Positions 1 to 14,472 of a stretch of DNA of 64,000 nt are shown piece by piece. The notes below the pieces were generated by a model. It was not told where the DNA came from, made no database searches, and saw only the letters and a list, made by a program, of their open reading frames with translations. The position numbers and the translations under genes are program-made. The DNA lies in the NCBI GenBank assembly GCA_002269645.1, contig NIVC01003008.1:33305-97304 (forward strand). Reading direction: 5' to 3'. This stretch comes from Macrostomum lignano (taxonomy: Eukaryota). Positions within the stretch are counted from its first letter, which is position 1. Each line of letters opens with the position of its first letter.

Positions 1-420
1 TGCACTGGTAGATTAACTAGAAGACTGGTAGATAAACTACTAGTGAACTAGCAGATAGGCTAGTAGACTGGTAGATAAGCTAGTAGACTAGTAGATAAGC
101 TAGTAGACTGGTAGATAAGCTAGTAGACTAGTAGATAAGCTAGTAGACTGGTAGATAAGCTAGTAGACTAGTATATAAGCTAGTAGACTGGTAGATAAGC
201 TAGTAGACTAGTAGATAAGCTAGTAGACTGGTAGATAAGCTAGTAGACTGGTAGATAAGCTAGTAGACTAGTAGATAAGCTAGTAGACTGGTAGATAAGC
301 TAGTAGACTAGTAGATAAGCTAGTAGACTGGTAGATAAGCCAGTAGACTAGTAGATAAGCTAGCAGACTGGTAGATAAGCTAGTAGACTAGTAGATAAGC
401 TAGTAGTCTGGTAGATACTA
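1..420. repeat. 20-bp minisatellite TAGTAGACT(G/A)GTAGATAAGC with strict G/A alternation (40-bp dimer)
   Basis: Direct reading of period and variants. Confidence 0.95.
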
Positions 421-483
421 GCAGCAGATTTGTAGATAAGCTATAGTAGAATAGTGTAGACCTCGAGTTTATAAAGCACTCAC

Positions 484-615
484 CCTGAAGCACCGTGCCA
501 TTGCTGGCAACCAGTTGAATTCTCGGTGCTGGATAACCGCTGGCTTGGCAGGTGACACTCACTGAGGAGCCCTCGATGGCTGAGATGTCGGGCGTAGGCA
601 GTACAGTGGGCTTGT
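484..615 (-). CDS. IgSF protein, first half of a third (I-set-like) Ig domain; gene continues past position 1
   Basis: Acceptor ttttcag|AC (phase 1) and donor CAGG|gtgagt (phase 1). Translation HKPTVLPTPDISAIEGSSVSVTCQASGYPAPRIQL matches the GxxVxxxCxAxGxPxP Ig pattern. Confidence 0.88.
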
Positions 616-869
616 CTGAAAATCGTACGTTTAACAGGTCTTTGTTTAGTAGGCTATGACTCATTTATTTAGAGTCTTTAGATTTCTCTACGTCTCTTTG
701 TCCAATGATGACTCATCCTTATTAACCGGAGTGTACATTTCTAAGGATTAGAAAATCAGGATGCTAATAGTTTTTAGAAAGAACACGTATAGACACAAAT
801 GGCGATATGTATCGAAAGTATTTATTTTAAAGGGCATCTGGTACGTCTAGATCAGTAAACCTCACTCAC

Positions 870-2118
<1,249 letters not shown>

Positions 2119-2583
2119 CGTGACTCAGGCTACATGAGGCTTTCCCTACCACAGCAGTTGATGAGCCATCCCTGCCTCACCTGCCCACAGCCAGAAACAG
2201 GCATCGTTTTATAACTTTTTTCTAGACAAATTCTATGGTCTGACAGGGCAATAAATGGGAGAGCAGGTGGGCGGTCCGCCAGGTGCCACTCAGCAACAGG
2301 CTAATGGATTTTGACAGCTCCCGGTTAGCTCTACATTCGTAGCACTTGTAGAAAATTTTCTGCCTAAAATGAAGGCAATTTTGAGCTGGGGAACTTACAA
2401 TACACACACATATTTGCTAGAGTCAGCAGTCTGCCCAGCCTCGGGTCTCAGTTGAGTTCACTGTTAATTGGTTCTCTTTTTACTGAATCAGACACTTTAG
2501 CTACTAGTGCTGCTGTGTAGGATGAAGGGCTGGGGTAACTCGGGGCTGCTGGTTCTGTACAGCATCTGTTAATAATTTGTTAC

Positions 2584-2620
2584 CTGACTTTAGGGATAGT
2601 ATTGGCAACTGTCTGTGAGC
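2584..2620 (-). CDS. Candidate 37-nt linker exon of the IgSF gene ([12 protein letters not shown])
   Basis: Strong pyrimidine tract tcccctctctctctatcatacgcag| and donor TCAG|gtaaca. Open in phase 1, matching the V exon donor, and exits in phase 2. Confidence 0.5.
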
Positions 2621-2657
2621 CTGCGTATGATAGAGAGAGAGGGGACATTAGACTTGG

Positions 2658-3866
<1,209 letters not shown>

Positions 3867-4369
3867 AAACAGCAAGAGACTGCAGCAGGAGTCAAACAGG
3901 TATCGCACAGGGCATATCGCTATGCACAGAGGTGTCAGTCATGTGGCAGTCCCAGGTACAAGGCTGATTATCATTCCAGACGCGGTGGCTGTGCGCTGGG
4001 AAACAGAAAACAGATAGAGAAGAATCGGTATAGGAAACCTAACGGGCCCAACTGCTGAGGCAAGCCTGTAGCCCTGTCCCGGCCAATGGGGGTTCAAAGG
4101 TATAAGTTGCTACGACAGTTGTCTTTGCCTACAGCCTGACTTGCCAATGCTAACGAGAATTCCAATAAAGCATTGACGATGAAAGTTGCTTTGCTTTGTG
4201 GGGTGAGACAGGCCAGGGCAGAGGCTTGGGTACAATGGATATATTATTGCTCTGTTATAGCTGACCCTTTCACCTGAGGAATTTGTAAAGAAAGAGAAAT
4301 CAAATGGCTTTGAAAACCCATGCAGATAAAAGTGCAAGAGAAAGAGGGGATGTAAGACAGCTTACGTAA

Positions 4370-5512
4370 GACAGATAGATAGAGACAGATAGATAGAGAC
4401 AGATAGATAGAGACAGACAGATAGAGACAGACAGATAGAGACAGACAGATAGAGACTGACAGATAGACAGACAGATAGAGACAGACAGATAGAGACTGAC
4501 AGATAGAGACAGACAGATAGAGACAGATAGATAGAGACAGATAGATAGAGACAGATAGATAGAGACAGATAGATAGAGACAGACGGATAGAGACAGATAG
4601 ATAGAGACAGATAGATATAGACAGATAGATAGAGACAGATAGATAGAGACAGATAGATAGAGACAGACGGATAGAGACAGATAGATAGAGACAGATAGAT
4701 AGAGACAGATAGATAGAGACAGATAGATAGAGACAGATAGATATAGACAGATAGATAGAGACAGACGGATAGAGACAGATAGATAGAGACAGATAGATAG
4801 AGACAGATAGATATAGACAGATAGATAGAGACAGATAGATATAGACAGATAGATAGAGACAGACGGATAGAGACAGATAGATAGAGACAGATAGATAGAG
4901 ACAGATAGATAGAGACAGATAGATATAGACAGATAGATAGAGACAGATAGATAGAGACAGACAGATAGAGACAGATAGATAGAGACAGATAGATAGAGAC
5001 AGACGGATAGAGACAGACGGATAGAGACAGACGGATAGAGACAGATAGATAGAGACAGATAGATAGAGACAGATAGATATAGACAGATAGATAGAGACAG
5101 ATAGATAGAGACAGATAGATAGAGACAGATAGATAGAGACAGATAGATAGAGACAGACGGATAGAGACAGACGGATAGAGACAGACGGATAGAGACAGAT
5201 AGATAGAGACAGATAGATAGAGACAGATAGATAGAGACAGATAGATATAGACAGATAGATAGAGACAGACGGATAGAGACAGATAGATAGAGACAGATAG
5301 ATAGAGACAGATAGATAGAGACAGATAGATATAGACAGATAGATAGAGACAGATAGATAGAGACAGATAGATAGAGACAGATAGATAGAGACAGATAGAT
5401 AGAGACAGACGGATAGAGACAGATAGATAGAGACAGACGGATAGAGACAGATAGATAGAGACAGATAGATAGAGACAGATAGATAGAGACAGATAGATAG
5501 TAGATAGAGACA
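4370..5512. repeat. 14-bp compound repeat AGACAGATAGATAG
   Basis: Period 14, with GACGG and ATATAG variants. Confidence 0.97.
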
Positions 5513-6480
5513 GTAAGGTTAAACAATACAAGTATTAATAGATCAGGAAAGGTGACAAGTCAGGACAGATAAGAAAGGACAGGTTAATTAAGACAAGCGC
5601 ACAAATTTAACGAATCGCTATACTTAATACAATTAACTGTATATTTTCTATATTTCGGTCATAAAAACTGTTAGTCAGCAACTAAGAAAGTTCAAATATT
5701 TTAGCTAGTTGATTTCTAAGAGCCATAACCCGACCCCCCGGTGCGAAAGCTTTAGCAGGTGGAGACATTGCGAAGACAATTCTAGCGGAAGCGATGACAG
5801 GTGATCAAGCCAGGCCTGGAGCAAGAGTTGAAAAAGAAAGAATAGAAACAGAACCAGTTTGCTTGCAACTCCGGCTTCTGAAACTTTCCGTTGTTGTTGC
5901 TAATCTAAAATGCAGAAGAACTTGCACTCGCGCCACACACACAACTTTTTCGCTCAGCGTTAGCCTGAGGGATTTCTGCCAGCTAAATCCCCAAAATCCA
6001 GGGATAGAAAAACAATAGAAATCAGGGAAATTTTCTAGCAATTATTGAGAACACGAGAGAGAGAGAGAGAGAGAGAGACAGCTGTAAACATTATTCACAA
6101 ATTAAACCTTGAGCTCCGCCTTAACACTTTCTATTTCTATTTATTGCTGTAAAATCTGCATGCTTCTGAAGATTTCTTCAGACAAATTCTTATAGGCTTT
6201 TGTGTCCATCGTTGCGTTTTGATTTATTTCACTAAGCAGCAAATGTTCGAGGTAAAAGTGTGATAATCTTCTGTAAGTGGATTAGGCAAGAGAAAGCATT
6301 GATAGGCGGGTGTCAGTTATGCCGAATGCTCGGGGAAAGATTAGCTATGCGCTCGCTTTGGAAGTAGAAAGGAAGAGAAGTTATGAGATTAGCTGTGTTC
6401 GTACAACATAAGCATTTTGAACGTTGTAGTTACTAGTGTTGTACAAGGGGTTTGGTCACACACACTTAATTAGGAAACTG

Positions 6481-6727
6481 CTGTCCAAGAGGTGACACAC
6501 ACACACACACACCTGTCCAAGAGGTGACACACACACACACACACCTGTCCAAGAGGTGACACACACACACACACACACACACCTGTCCAAGACGTGACAC
6601 ACACCTGTCCATGAGGGGACACACACCTGTCCATGAGGTGACACACACACACACCCCTGTCCATGAGGTGACACACACACACACACCTGTCCATGAGGTG
6701 ACACACACACACACCTGTCCATGAGGT

Positions 6728-6768
<41 letters not shown>

Positions 6769-8450
6769 GTCCATGAGGTGACACACACACACACACCTGT
6801 CCATGAGGTGACACACACACACACACCTGTCCATGAGGTGACACACACACACACACACACACACCTGTCCATGAGGTGACACACACACACACCTGTCCAT
6901 GAGGTGACACACACACACACCTGTCCATGAGGTGACACACACACACCTGTCCATGAGGTGACACACACCTGTCCATGAGGTGACACACACACACACCTGT
7001 CCATGAGGTGACACACACACACACCTGTCCATGAGGTGACACACACCTGTCCATGAGGTGACACACACCTGTCCATGAGGTGACACACACCTGTCCATGA
7101 GGTGACACACACCTGTCCATGAGGTGACACACACACACCTGTCCATGAGGTGACACACACACACACACCTGTCCATGAGGTGACACACACACACTTGTCC
7201 ATGAGGTGACACACACCTGTCCATGAGGTGACACACACACACCTGTCCATGAGGTGACACACACACACACACACACCTGTCCATGAGGTGACACACACAC
7301 ACTTGTCCATGAGGTGACACACACACACACCTGTCCATGAGGTGACACACACACACACCTGTCCATGAGGTGACACACACCTGTCCATGAGGTGACACAC
7401 ACCTGTCCATGAGGTGACACACACCTGTCCATGAGGTGACACACACACACCTGTCCATGAGGTGACACACACACACACCTGTCCATGAGGTGACACACAC
7501 CTGTCCATGAGGTGACACACACCTGTCCATGAGGTGACACACACCTGTCCATGAGGTGACACACACACACCTGTCCATGAGGTGACACGCACACACACAC
7601 CTGTCCATGAGGTGACACACACACACTTGTCCATGAGGTGACACACACACACCTGTCCATGAGGTGACACACACACACCTGTTCATGAGGTGACACACAC
7701 ACACCTGTCCATGAGGTGACACACACCTGTCCATGAGGTGACACACACACACTTGTCCATGAGGTGACACACACACACTTGTCCATGAGGTGACACACAC
7801 ACACCTGTCCATGAGGTGACACACACACACACCTGTCCATGAGGTGACACACACACACACACACACACCTGTCCATGAGGTGACACACACCTGTCCATGA
7901 GGTGACACACACCTGTCCATGAGGTGACACACACCTGTCCATGAGGTGACACACACCTGTCCATGAGGTGACACACACTTGTCCATGAGGTGACACACAC
8001 ACACCTGTCCATGAGGTGACACACACACACACACACCTGTCCATGAGGTGACACACACACACTTGTCCATGAGGTGACACACACACACCTGTCCATGAGG
8101 TGACACACACACACACCTGTCCATGAGGTGACACACACACACACACACACCTGTCCATGAGGTGACACACACCTGTCCATGAGGTGACACACACCTGTCC
8201 ATGAGGTGACACACACCTGTCCATGAGGTGACACACACACACCTGTCCATGAGGTGACACACACACACACACACCTGTCCATGAGGTGACACACACACAC
8301 ACACACACCTGTCCATGAGGTGACACACACCTGTCCATGAGGTGACACACACACACACACACACACCTGTCCATGAGGTGACACGCACACACACACACAC
8401 ACCTGTCCATGAGGTGACACACACACACACAGACACCTGTCCATGAGGTG

Positions 8451-8490
<40 letters not shown>

Positions 8491-8568
8491 GTCCATGAGG
8501 TGACACGCACACACACACACACCTGTCCATGAGGTGACACACACACACACAGACACCTGTCCATGAGG

Positions 8569-8606
<38 letters not shown>

Positions 8607-8632
8607 GTCCATGAGGTGACACACACATCTGT
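6481..8632. repeat. Array of constant core CCTGTCCATGAGGTGA separated by variable-length (CA)n
   Basis: Dozens of near-identical cores; spacers are pure (CA)n. Confidence 0.97.
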
Positions 8633-9384
8633 CTAAGAGCCGCTAAAAGCTCTCTATTCCAAGCTTCATGCTAAGGGGTAAAAATGTATAAATTAAATGG
8701 TTGGCTATTTAAAAAAGCGAAACAATATAGAGAACCATTTGTCACTAACTACTGCCTTGAATTATGAAAAAGGTATAAAATTTATGCTCCATTACTCTCA
8801 TTAATTAATCAATCAGTCCATCAGGGGTTCCTTCGCCTTGAGTATCCAGGTCGATAAACTAAAGGTTTAGGCTATAGGAGACTCCCAACCACCAGCAAGG
8901 GTCTCATACCTCAGAGTGCTTCATTACACGTTAACAATAATTTTTATACGAGCTATATACGGGCTGTTAAATACAGATTTGGATGAAATATGCGGGCTCG
9001 GGGCAAATATAATGAGCAAAATGTTGAGTTGCCCAACTCATAAAATCGGGGGTGGGGCAAAAAATCTGCCTCCCCACCTGCACCACCTGGGCGATTTGGT
9101 CTGCCTGTCAATCAAATCAAGTGCTGCCACGAGAGAGAGGGGGGTGCTTCTACAAGTGGCCAAGGCCCACTGGTACAGTGTGGGTTGGTAAGACTCTCAC
9201 AGAAATTCGTATTTGGTTGAATATTTTAACATTACACTTCAAATGTACACACATGTACAGGGCCCCTTTGCGATAAATATTTTCGATACATATCGTCATT
9301 AATATTGAACACGCGTTCTTTCTAGGAAATTCCTATTTTAAACTGTCCAAAGACTTTCTCAAAGTAGCTAAAAATATATATATA

Positions 9385-9519
9385 ATTGCAATGGTCTGTG
9401 GACACCCTGGTGCAACACCTTCGCCTTGGGCATGTGCCACCCCCTCCGCAGCCAGGAATCGAACCAGGGGACGATGGTGCGAGAGTCAGGCGGGTTCAGC
9501 GCTGAGCTGCACTGAAGCT
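9385..9519 (-). mobile_element. tRNA-derived SINE or tRNA pseudogene
   Basis: Perfect B-box GGTTCGATTCC (9455-9465) about 53 nt from an A-box-like 5' end. Acceptor and T stems are mismatched; the non-tRNA tail ends in (TA)n. Confidence 0.5.
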
Positions 9520-10199
9520 AATTACAATATCGACTTGATCCAATATTATTCCGTCGTTAGCTAGTTTAAAATTCATAAGCCAATCTACTTAAATTAAGTT
9601 TTCCAAATTGATTTTCAATCGGCTTTGGACACAACTTGGCAAAAAACGCTGTTACCATGGCGAAGAAACTGGAGAGATTTTGTAGTTTCAAATATCGATC
9701 GCTCAGGGTCTTTTTTTGGGGGCGGGTCGAGGGATGAAGCTTGGCTTGAAAAGGCGGAGACTGGGGGGGGGGACAAGTTGAGGGGATCGATTGAGCAAAA
9801 TTTTGAAACAATACATGAGCTTGAGTTCCCTCCCATAATACTCTGTAGACTGGCTAGTGCTTTTGTGTTTAGCAAGCGGCTTGGCTGCTCAGGTGAGCAG
9901 TTGTGGTCTCAGCGGTGTTGGAGCAGGCAGTATTCTTTATGGCTAAAAGCGATCGATAAACGGTAACTATTGGAGAATATGGGGACTATTTCTTCAACGC
10001 AACTAGACCCAGCAAACAGCTTCTATGCTTACATATGGGAACGATGTTCTGCCTATACTTTTGCTTTTAAAAAGACATCAGTCTGGTGTTATCATTTATA
10101 TATCTATCTCATGTTTAGCTGACTCTGTCTCTACATACATCTTCATCCATACATCTCGGTCTCCTCTAATCTCTATCTGTACCTGTATATCTAATCTCC

Positions 10200-10660
10200 A
10201 TCCTAAATCCCCATTTTCTATCTCTACCTCTATCTCTATCTCTATCTCTACCTCTATCTCTATCTCAACCTCTATCTCTATCTCTATATCTCTATCTCTA
10301 TATCTATCGTTATCTATATCTATACCTTTATCTCTAATCTCTATCTCTAGTCTCTAGTCTCTATCTATATCTATATATCTATCTCTAATCTCCATATCAA
10401 CCTCTATCTCTATCTCTATCTCAACCTTTATTTCTATCTCTAGTCTCTATCTGTATCTCTAATCTCTATCTCTATCTCTATCTCTATCTTAATCTTTATC
10501 TCTATCTTTAGTCTCTATCTCTATCTCTAATCTCTATCTCTATCTCTATCTCTATCTTAATCTTTATCTCTATCTTTAGTCTCTATCTCTATCTCTAGTC
10601 CCTATCTATATCTCTCTATCTCTATCGATCGATCTCTATCGCTACGGCTATCTATATATA
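10200..10660. repeat. Degenerate (TCTCTA)n repeat
   Basis: Direct reading. Confidence 0.9.
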
Positions 10661-11229
10661 TATCTAATCTTTATTTTTTTATCTGTCTAATCTCGACTCC
10701 AAAAACTCAACGATATGCGACAATGCGATCTCTGATTTTTCCTCAACTTTTTTCTTGTCAAATGGGTTGCATGGAGCATCATCTGGTGAGTGCAATTTAG
10801 TGAGTTTATCACAAAGACAATCTAAGGTCAAATTCTACCCAAGTGAGTGAATGTGACCTCACTGACTCCCGCAGTCAATCCTATAGATGCTCTTCGTGGC
10901 GTGTTTTGCAATTTTTTTCTGGTAGAAAGACAATGAAAACACAAGCCTATTTGATCAGTTCAATAAGTGAAGATCTGAAAAAAGACTATTCACAAATGTA
11001 GACTCTTTCACGTCATTGCCTCAGTGCTTCTTTTGTCTTTTTCTGAGTCAAAGTCTCTATCAAAGGACACGTCATACAAATTTCCCAGTGATAATAGAGT
11101 TTGTTTTAGTTTGCTTTGCTGGTGGGGAACATATAGGGGAGCACAGCCAAGGTCATCATAGACTTCTGCAGGGTAGAGTCTGGACTGAATTCTTTTTAGT
11201 CTGTAAACAGCCTTTGACAGGACATCCTG

Positions 11230-11766
11230 TCGACAGGACATTTGGCACCTAGGACATCCCAGTGTAGAGTTTAGGATACCCCAGTCTGGAGCATAGGACA
11301 CTCAGTTTAGGACACCCCAGTTTGGAGTTTAGGACACCCCAGTTTGGAGTTTAGGACACCCCAGTTTGGAGTTTAGGACACCCCAAGTGTGGAGTTTGGG
11401 ACATCCAGTGTGGAGTTTAGGACACCCCAGTTTAAAGTTGAGGACACCCCAGTTTAAAGTTGAGGACACCCAGTTTGGAGTTTAGGACACCCCAGTTTAA
11501 AGTTGAAGACACCCCAGTTTAAAGTTGAGGACACCCCAGTTTAAAGTTGAGGACACCCCAGATTGGAGAGTAGGACACCCCCATTTAGGAACTTAAGACA
11601 CCCCCATTTCGGAACTTAAGACACCCCCATTTAGGAACTTAAGACACCCCCATTTAGGAACTTAAGACACCCCCATTTAGGAACTTAAGACACCCCCATT
11701 TAGGAACTTAAGACACCCCCATTTAGGAACTTAAGACACCCCCATTTAGGAACTTAAGACACCCCA
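11230..11766. repeat. Two abutting related minisatellites: 22-bp AGGACACCCCAGTTTGGAGTTT, then 23-bp AGGAACTTAAGACACCCCCATTT
   Basis: Period switch near 11570; shared GACACCCC core. Confidence 0.93.
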
Positions 11767-12471
11767 GCTTGAGACTTTTTCGACAGGACTTTCCTTCCAG
11801 TCCATATTTAGCATGCACACAGTGTATTCAGTAAATATAAGTAATAGCTCGTATAAAGACTGCTCAACCTCACTACGCGGGCTGGTAGAACAATGGAATC
11901 TCATGTCACGGATATGGGATAATTCGGTGTTGAGAGGTAACTTATATATCACCTTCGAAGGACGCTATTGCTAATCAGAGCATGGGTCTCTAGTCACACC
12001 CTACCGTGGCTCACTTTTTCTTCAAACAATGACAACAAACGGTGGCGCACTGGGCAGTAATAAAGCTGTAGATGATTGAACGAGTGAGGTAAAAATTCTG
12101 ACTCACTGCATCGTAACTCACCCGTAGCGTTATGTATGCTTTATGCTATGTAGTTGGGGCGTTTTTTGGGGATGCCGCGATGAACAATCCTTCTCATTGT
12201 TCATTCATATCCATTGTTGGCGGGAACTTTTCTGTATAATGCTATGACCGAAAAGGTGTAAATAATATCTTAGAAATTGGCTAGAGGCCGATAAAGAACG
12301 CATTTTTTGTATGCTAGAGAACGCAAAGTGAAACTTTATAAATTTTTTTTTAGTTTCTAAAATTGTTATTTATGCAGTTTTAAAGCAAGTCAATGGTCGC
12401 CAAAATTATTTAACGGCATATGTTTGCTAACGACAGATAGAGAATCTGGAGCGTGACTGCGAGACAGACGA

Positions 12472-12808
12472 GAGAGTAGAGGGAATGGAGAGAGTAGAGA
12501 GAGATGAGAGGAGAGAGGAAAGAAGAGAGGAGAGAGGAAAGAGGAGAGAGAGGAGAGGAGAGAGGAGAGTAGAGAGTGAAGAGAAGAGAGTAGAGAAGAG
12601 AAGAGAAAGGAGATAGGAGAGAGGAGAAGAGAGAAGAGAAGAGAGAAGAGAGAAGAGAGAAGAGAGAAGAGAGAAGAGAGAAGAGAAGAGAGTAGAGAAG
12701 AGAGAAGAGAGAAGAGAGGAGAGAGGAAAGAGGAGAGAAGAGAGAGAAGAAAGAAGAGAGGAGAGAAGAGAGTAGAGAAGAGAGAAGAGAGGAGAGAGGA
12801 GAGAAGAG
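12472..12808. repeat. Polypurine (AGAGA/AGAGG)n tract
   Basis: Direct reading. Confidence 0.93.
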
Positions 12809-12871
12809 AGCTGAGAAAGCCCCGAGCAAGCCGGATTGCTATTCTGAAGTCTCAATGGATCCGAGGCTTTT

Positions 12872-12912
12872 GCGGGTCGCATGTGGCCCGCGGGCCGGGA
12901 GTTGTCGAGTTT
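12872..12912. mobile_element. Isolated hAT-like terminal fragment
   Basis: GCGGGTCGCATGTGGCCCGCGGGCCG resembles the GC-rich subterminal palindrome typical of Charlie/Tip100-type hAT ends. No partner end found. Confidence 0.4.
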
Positions 12913-13339
12913 GCTTTCATTTCCAGTGATCCAAAGGTCCCTGAAATACTACATTAGCAGTGTGTTTGCCCCTGTATCCCCTAGGCCAAGATCAACATCA
13001 CACAGTCATACGGAATATAACAAAGCCAAAATAGCAGGCGAAAAAGCCATATGAAGATGAAGTGTCAACTAACCCAGTTCCTGGGTCACAGCGGATCATC
13101 ATTGTTCTCACCTGTCATGCATTATTTACACACAGTAATCTTATATCATCAGTTATTTGCGGCAATCGTATTGTATGCATAGTAACGTGCGATATGCATA
13201 TGATATCCTTTGTCTACACGCAGAAATTAATAATGTGACGGTAGAATCTATAGAATCAATGAGGATATACTTATAGAGCTTGAGTGCGAGACCAGTTTCT
13301 TTAAAAATTACATTAAAGAGTTTGCACCGCGCCACAGAT

Positions 13340-13932
13340 TATATTGGCGCCCCACAAATTAGATTGGCGCCCCACAAATTAGATTGGCGCCACACAAATT
13401 AGTTTGGCGCCACACAAATTGGTTTGGCGCCACACAAATTAGTTTGGCGCCACATAAATTAGATTTGCGGCACACAAATTAGTTTGGTGCCACACAAATT
13501 AGATAGGCGCCACAAAAATTAAACTGGCACCACACAGATTAGATTGGCGCCACACAAATTAGATTGGCTCCACACAACTTAAATTGGCGCCACACAAATT
13601 AGATTGGCGCCACACAAATCAGATAGGCACCACACAAATTAGATTGGCGCCACACAGATTAGATTGGCGCCACACAAATTAGATAGGCACCACAAAAATT
13701 AGATTGGCGCCACACAGATTAGACTGGCGCCACATGGAATAGATTAACGCCACACAAATTAGATTGGCGCCACACAAATTAGATTGGCGCCACACAAATT
13801 AGATTAGCGCCACACAAATTAGATTGGCGCCACACGGAATAGATTGGCGCCACACCAATTAGATTGGCGGCACAAAAATTGGATTGGCGACACACAAATT
13901 AGGTTGGCGCCACAAAAGTTGGATGGGCGCCC
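13340..13932. repeat. 20-bp minisatellite ATTAGATTGGCGCCACACAA
   Basis: About 29 diverged copies. Confidence 0.95.
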
Positions 13933-14472
13933 CCTAAGGGTAAAAGCTATGTTTAGCTAAGCAGGGGCAGCTATTCAGAATCACAGAAAAGTTGGCTTCC
14001 ACTCAGAGGCATGATGAGTAAGCGGCATAAAAAAGCACACAACTAACATGCACACCCATAAAATACATGCAGTTGGCTGGTTGCTTAGGAAAGCGCGATT
14101 GTAAATCACTTCCGCTATTTGACTTTCTGCTCCACAGCTACAACATATTCAACTCTCATCATTGAGCTGCACTCAGCGCTGTGCTCATTTTCCACTTTTT
14201 CTTTTTTCTATCCATATTGGTTTTCTGATTAATTTCTGTGCCTAATTCTTTAAGTTGAACATTATGAAGGGCTTCTGTGTACCTGTGTGCGATTTCTAAT
14301 AATGTAATGAAGAACTGTAGGAAGAGAAAGAGGATTATGGATTAGTAAAGAGGAATGGGAAATAAAAGAATTAAGAAGTGGGAGCAGAGCGAGAGTAGTG
14401 GCAGGAACGATTAATGTTCTACGTACTTTTTCAAATGTATTTGCTGCAACAAACACTAAATCTAGAAATTTC

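Noticed and set aside
3900-4010. RCQSCGSPRY zinc-knuckle-like peptide on the plus strand
   Set aside because: It does not complete CX2CX4HX4C, and there is no gag or pol context.
6481-8632. CRISPR-like look (constant repeat plus variable spacer)
   Set aside because: Spacers are only (CA)n of varying length, not unique sequence; there are no cas genes; the context is a eukaryotic intron.
9445-9519. Functional tRNA gene
   Set aside because: Acceptor and T stems are mismatched and there is no oligo-T terminator after the cloverleaf; kept as SINE or pseudogene.
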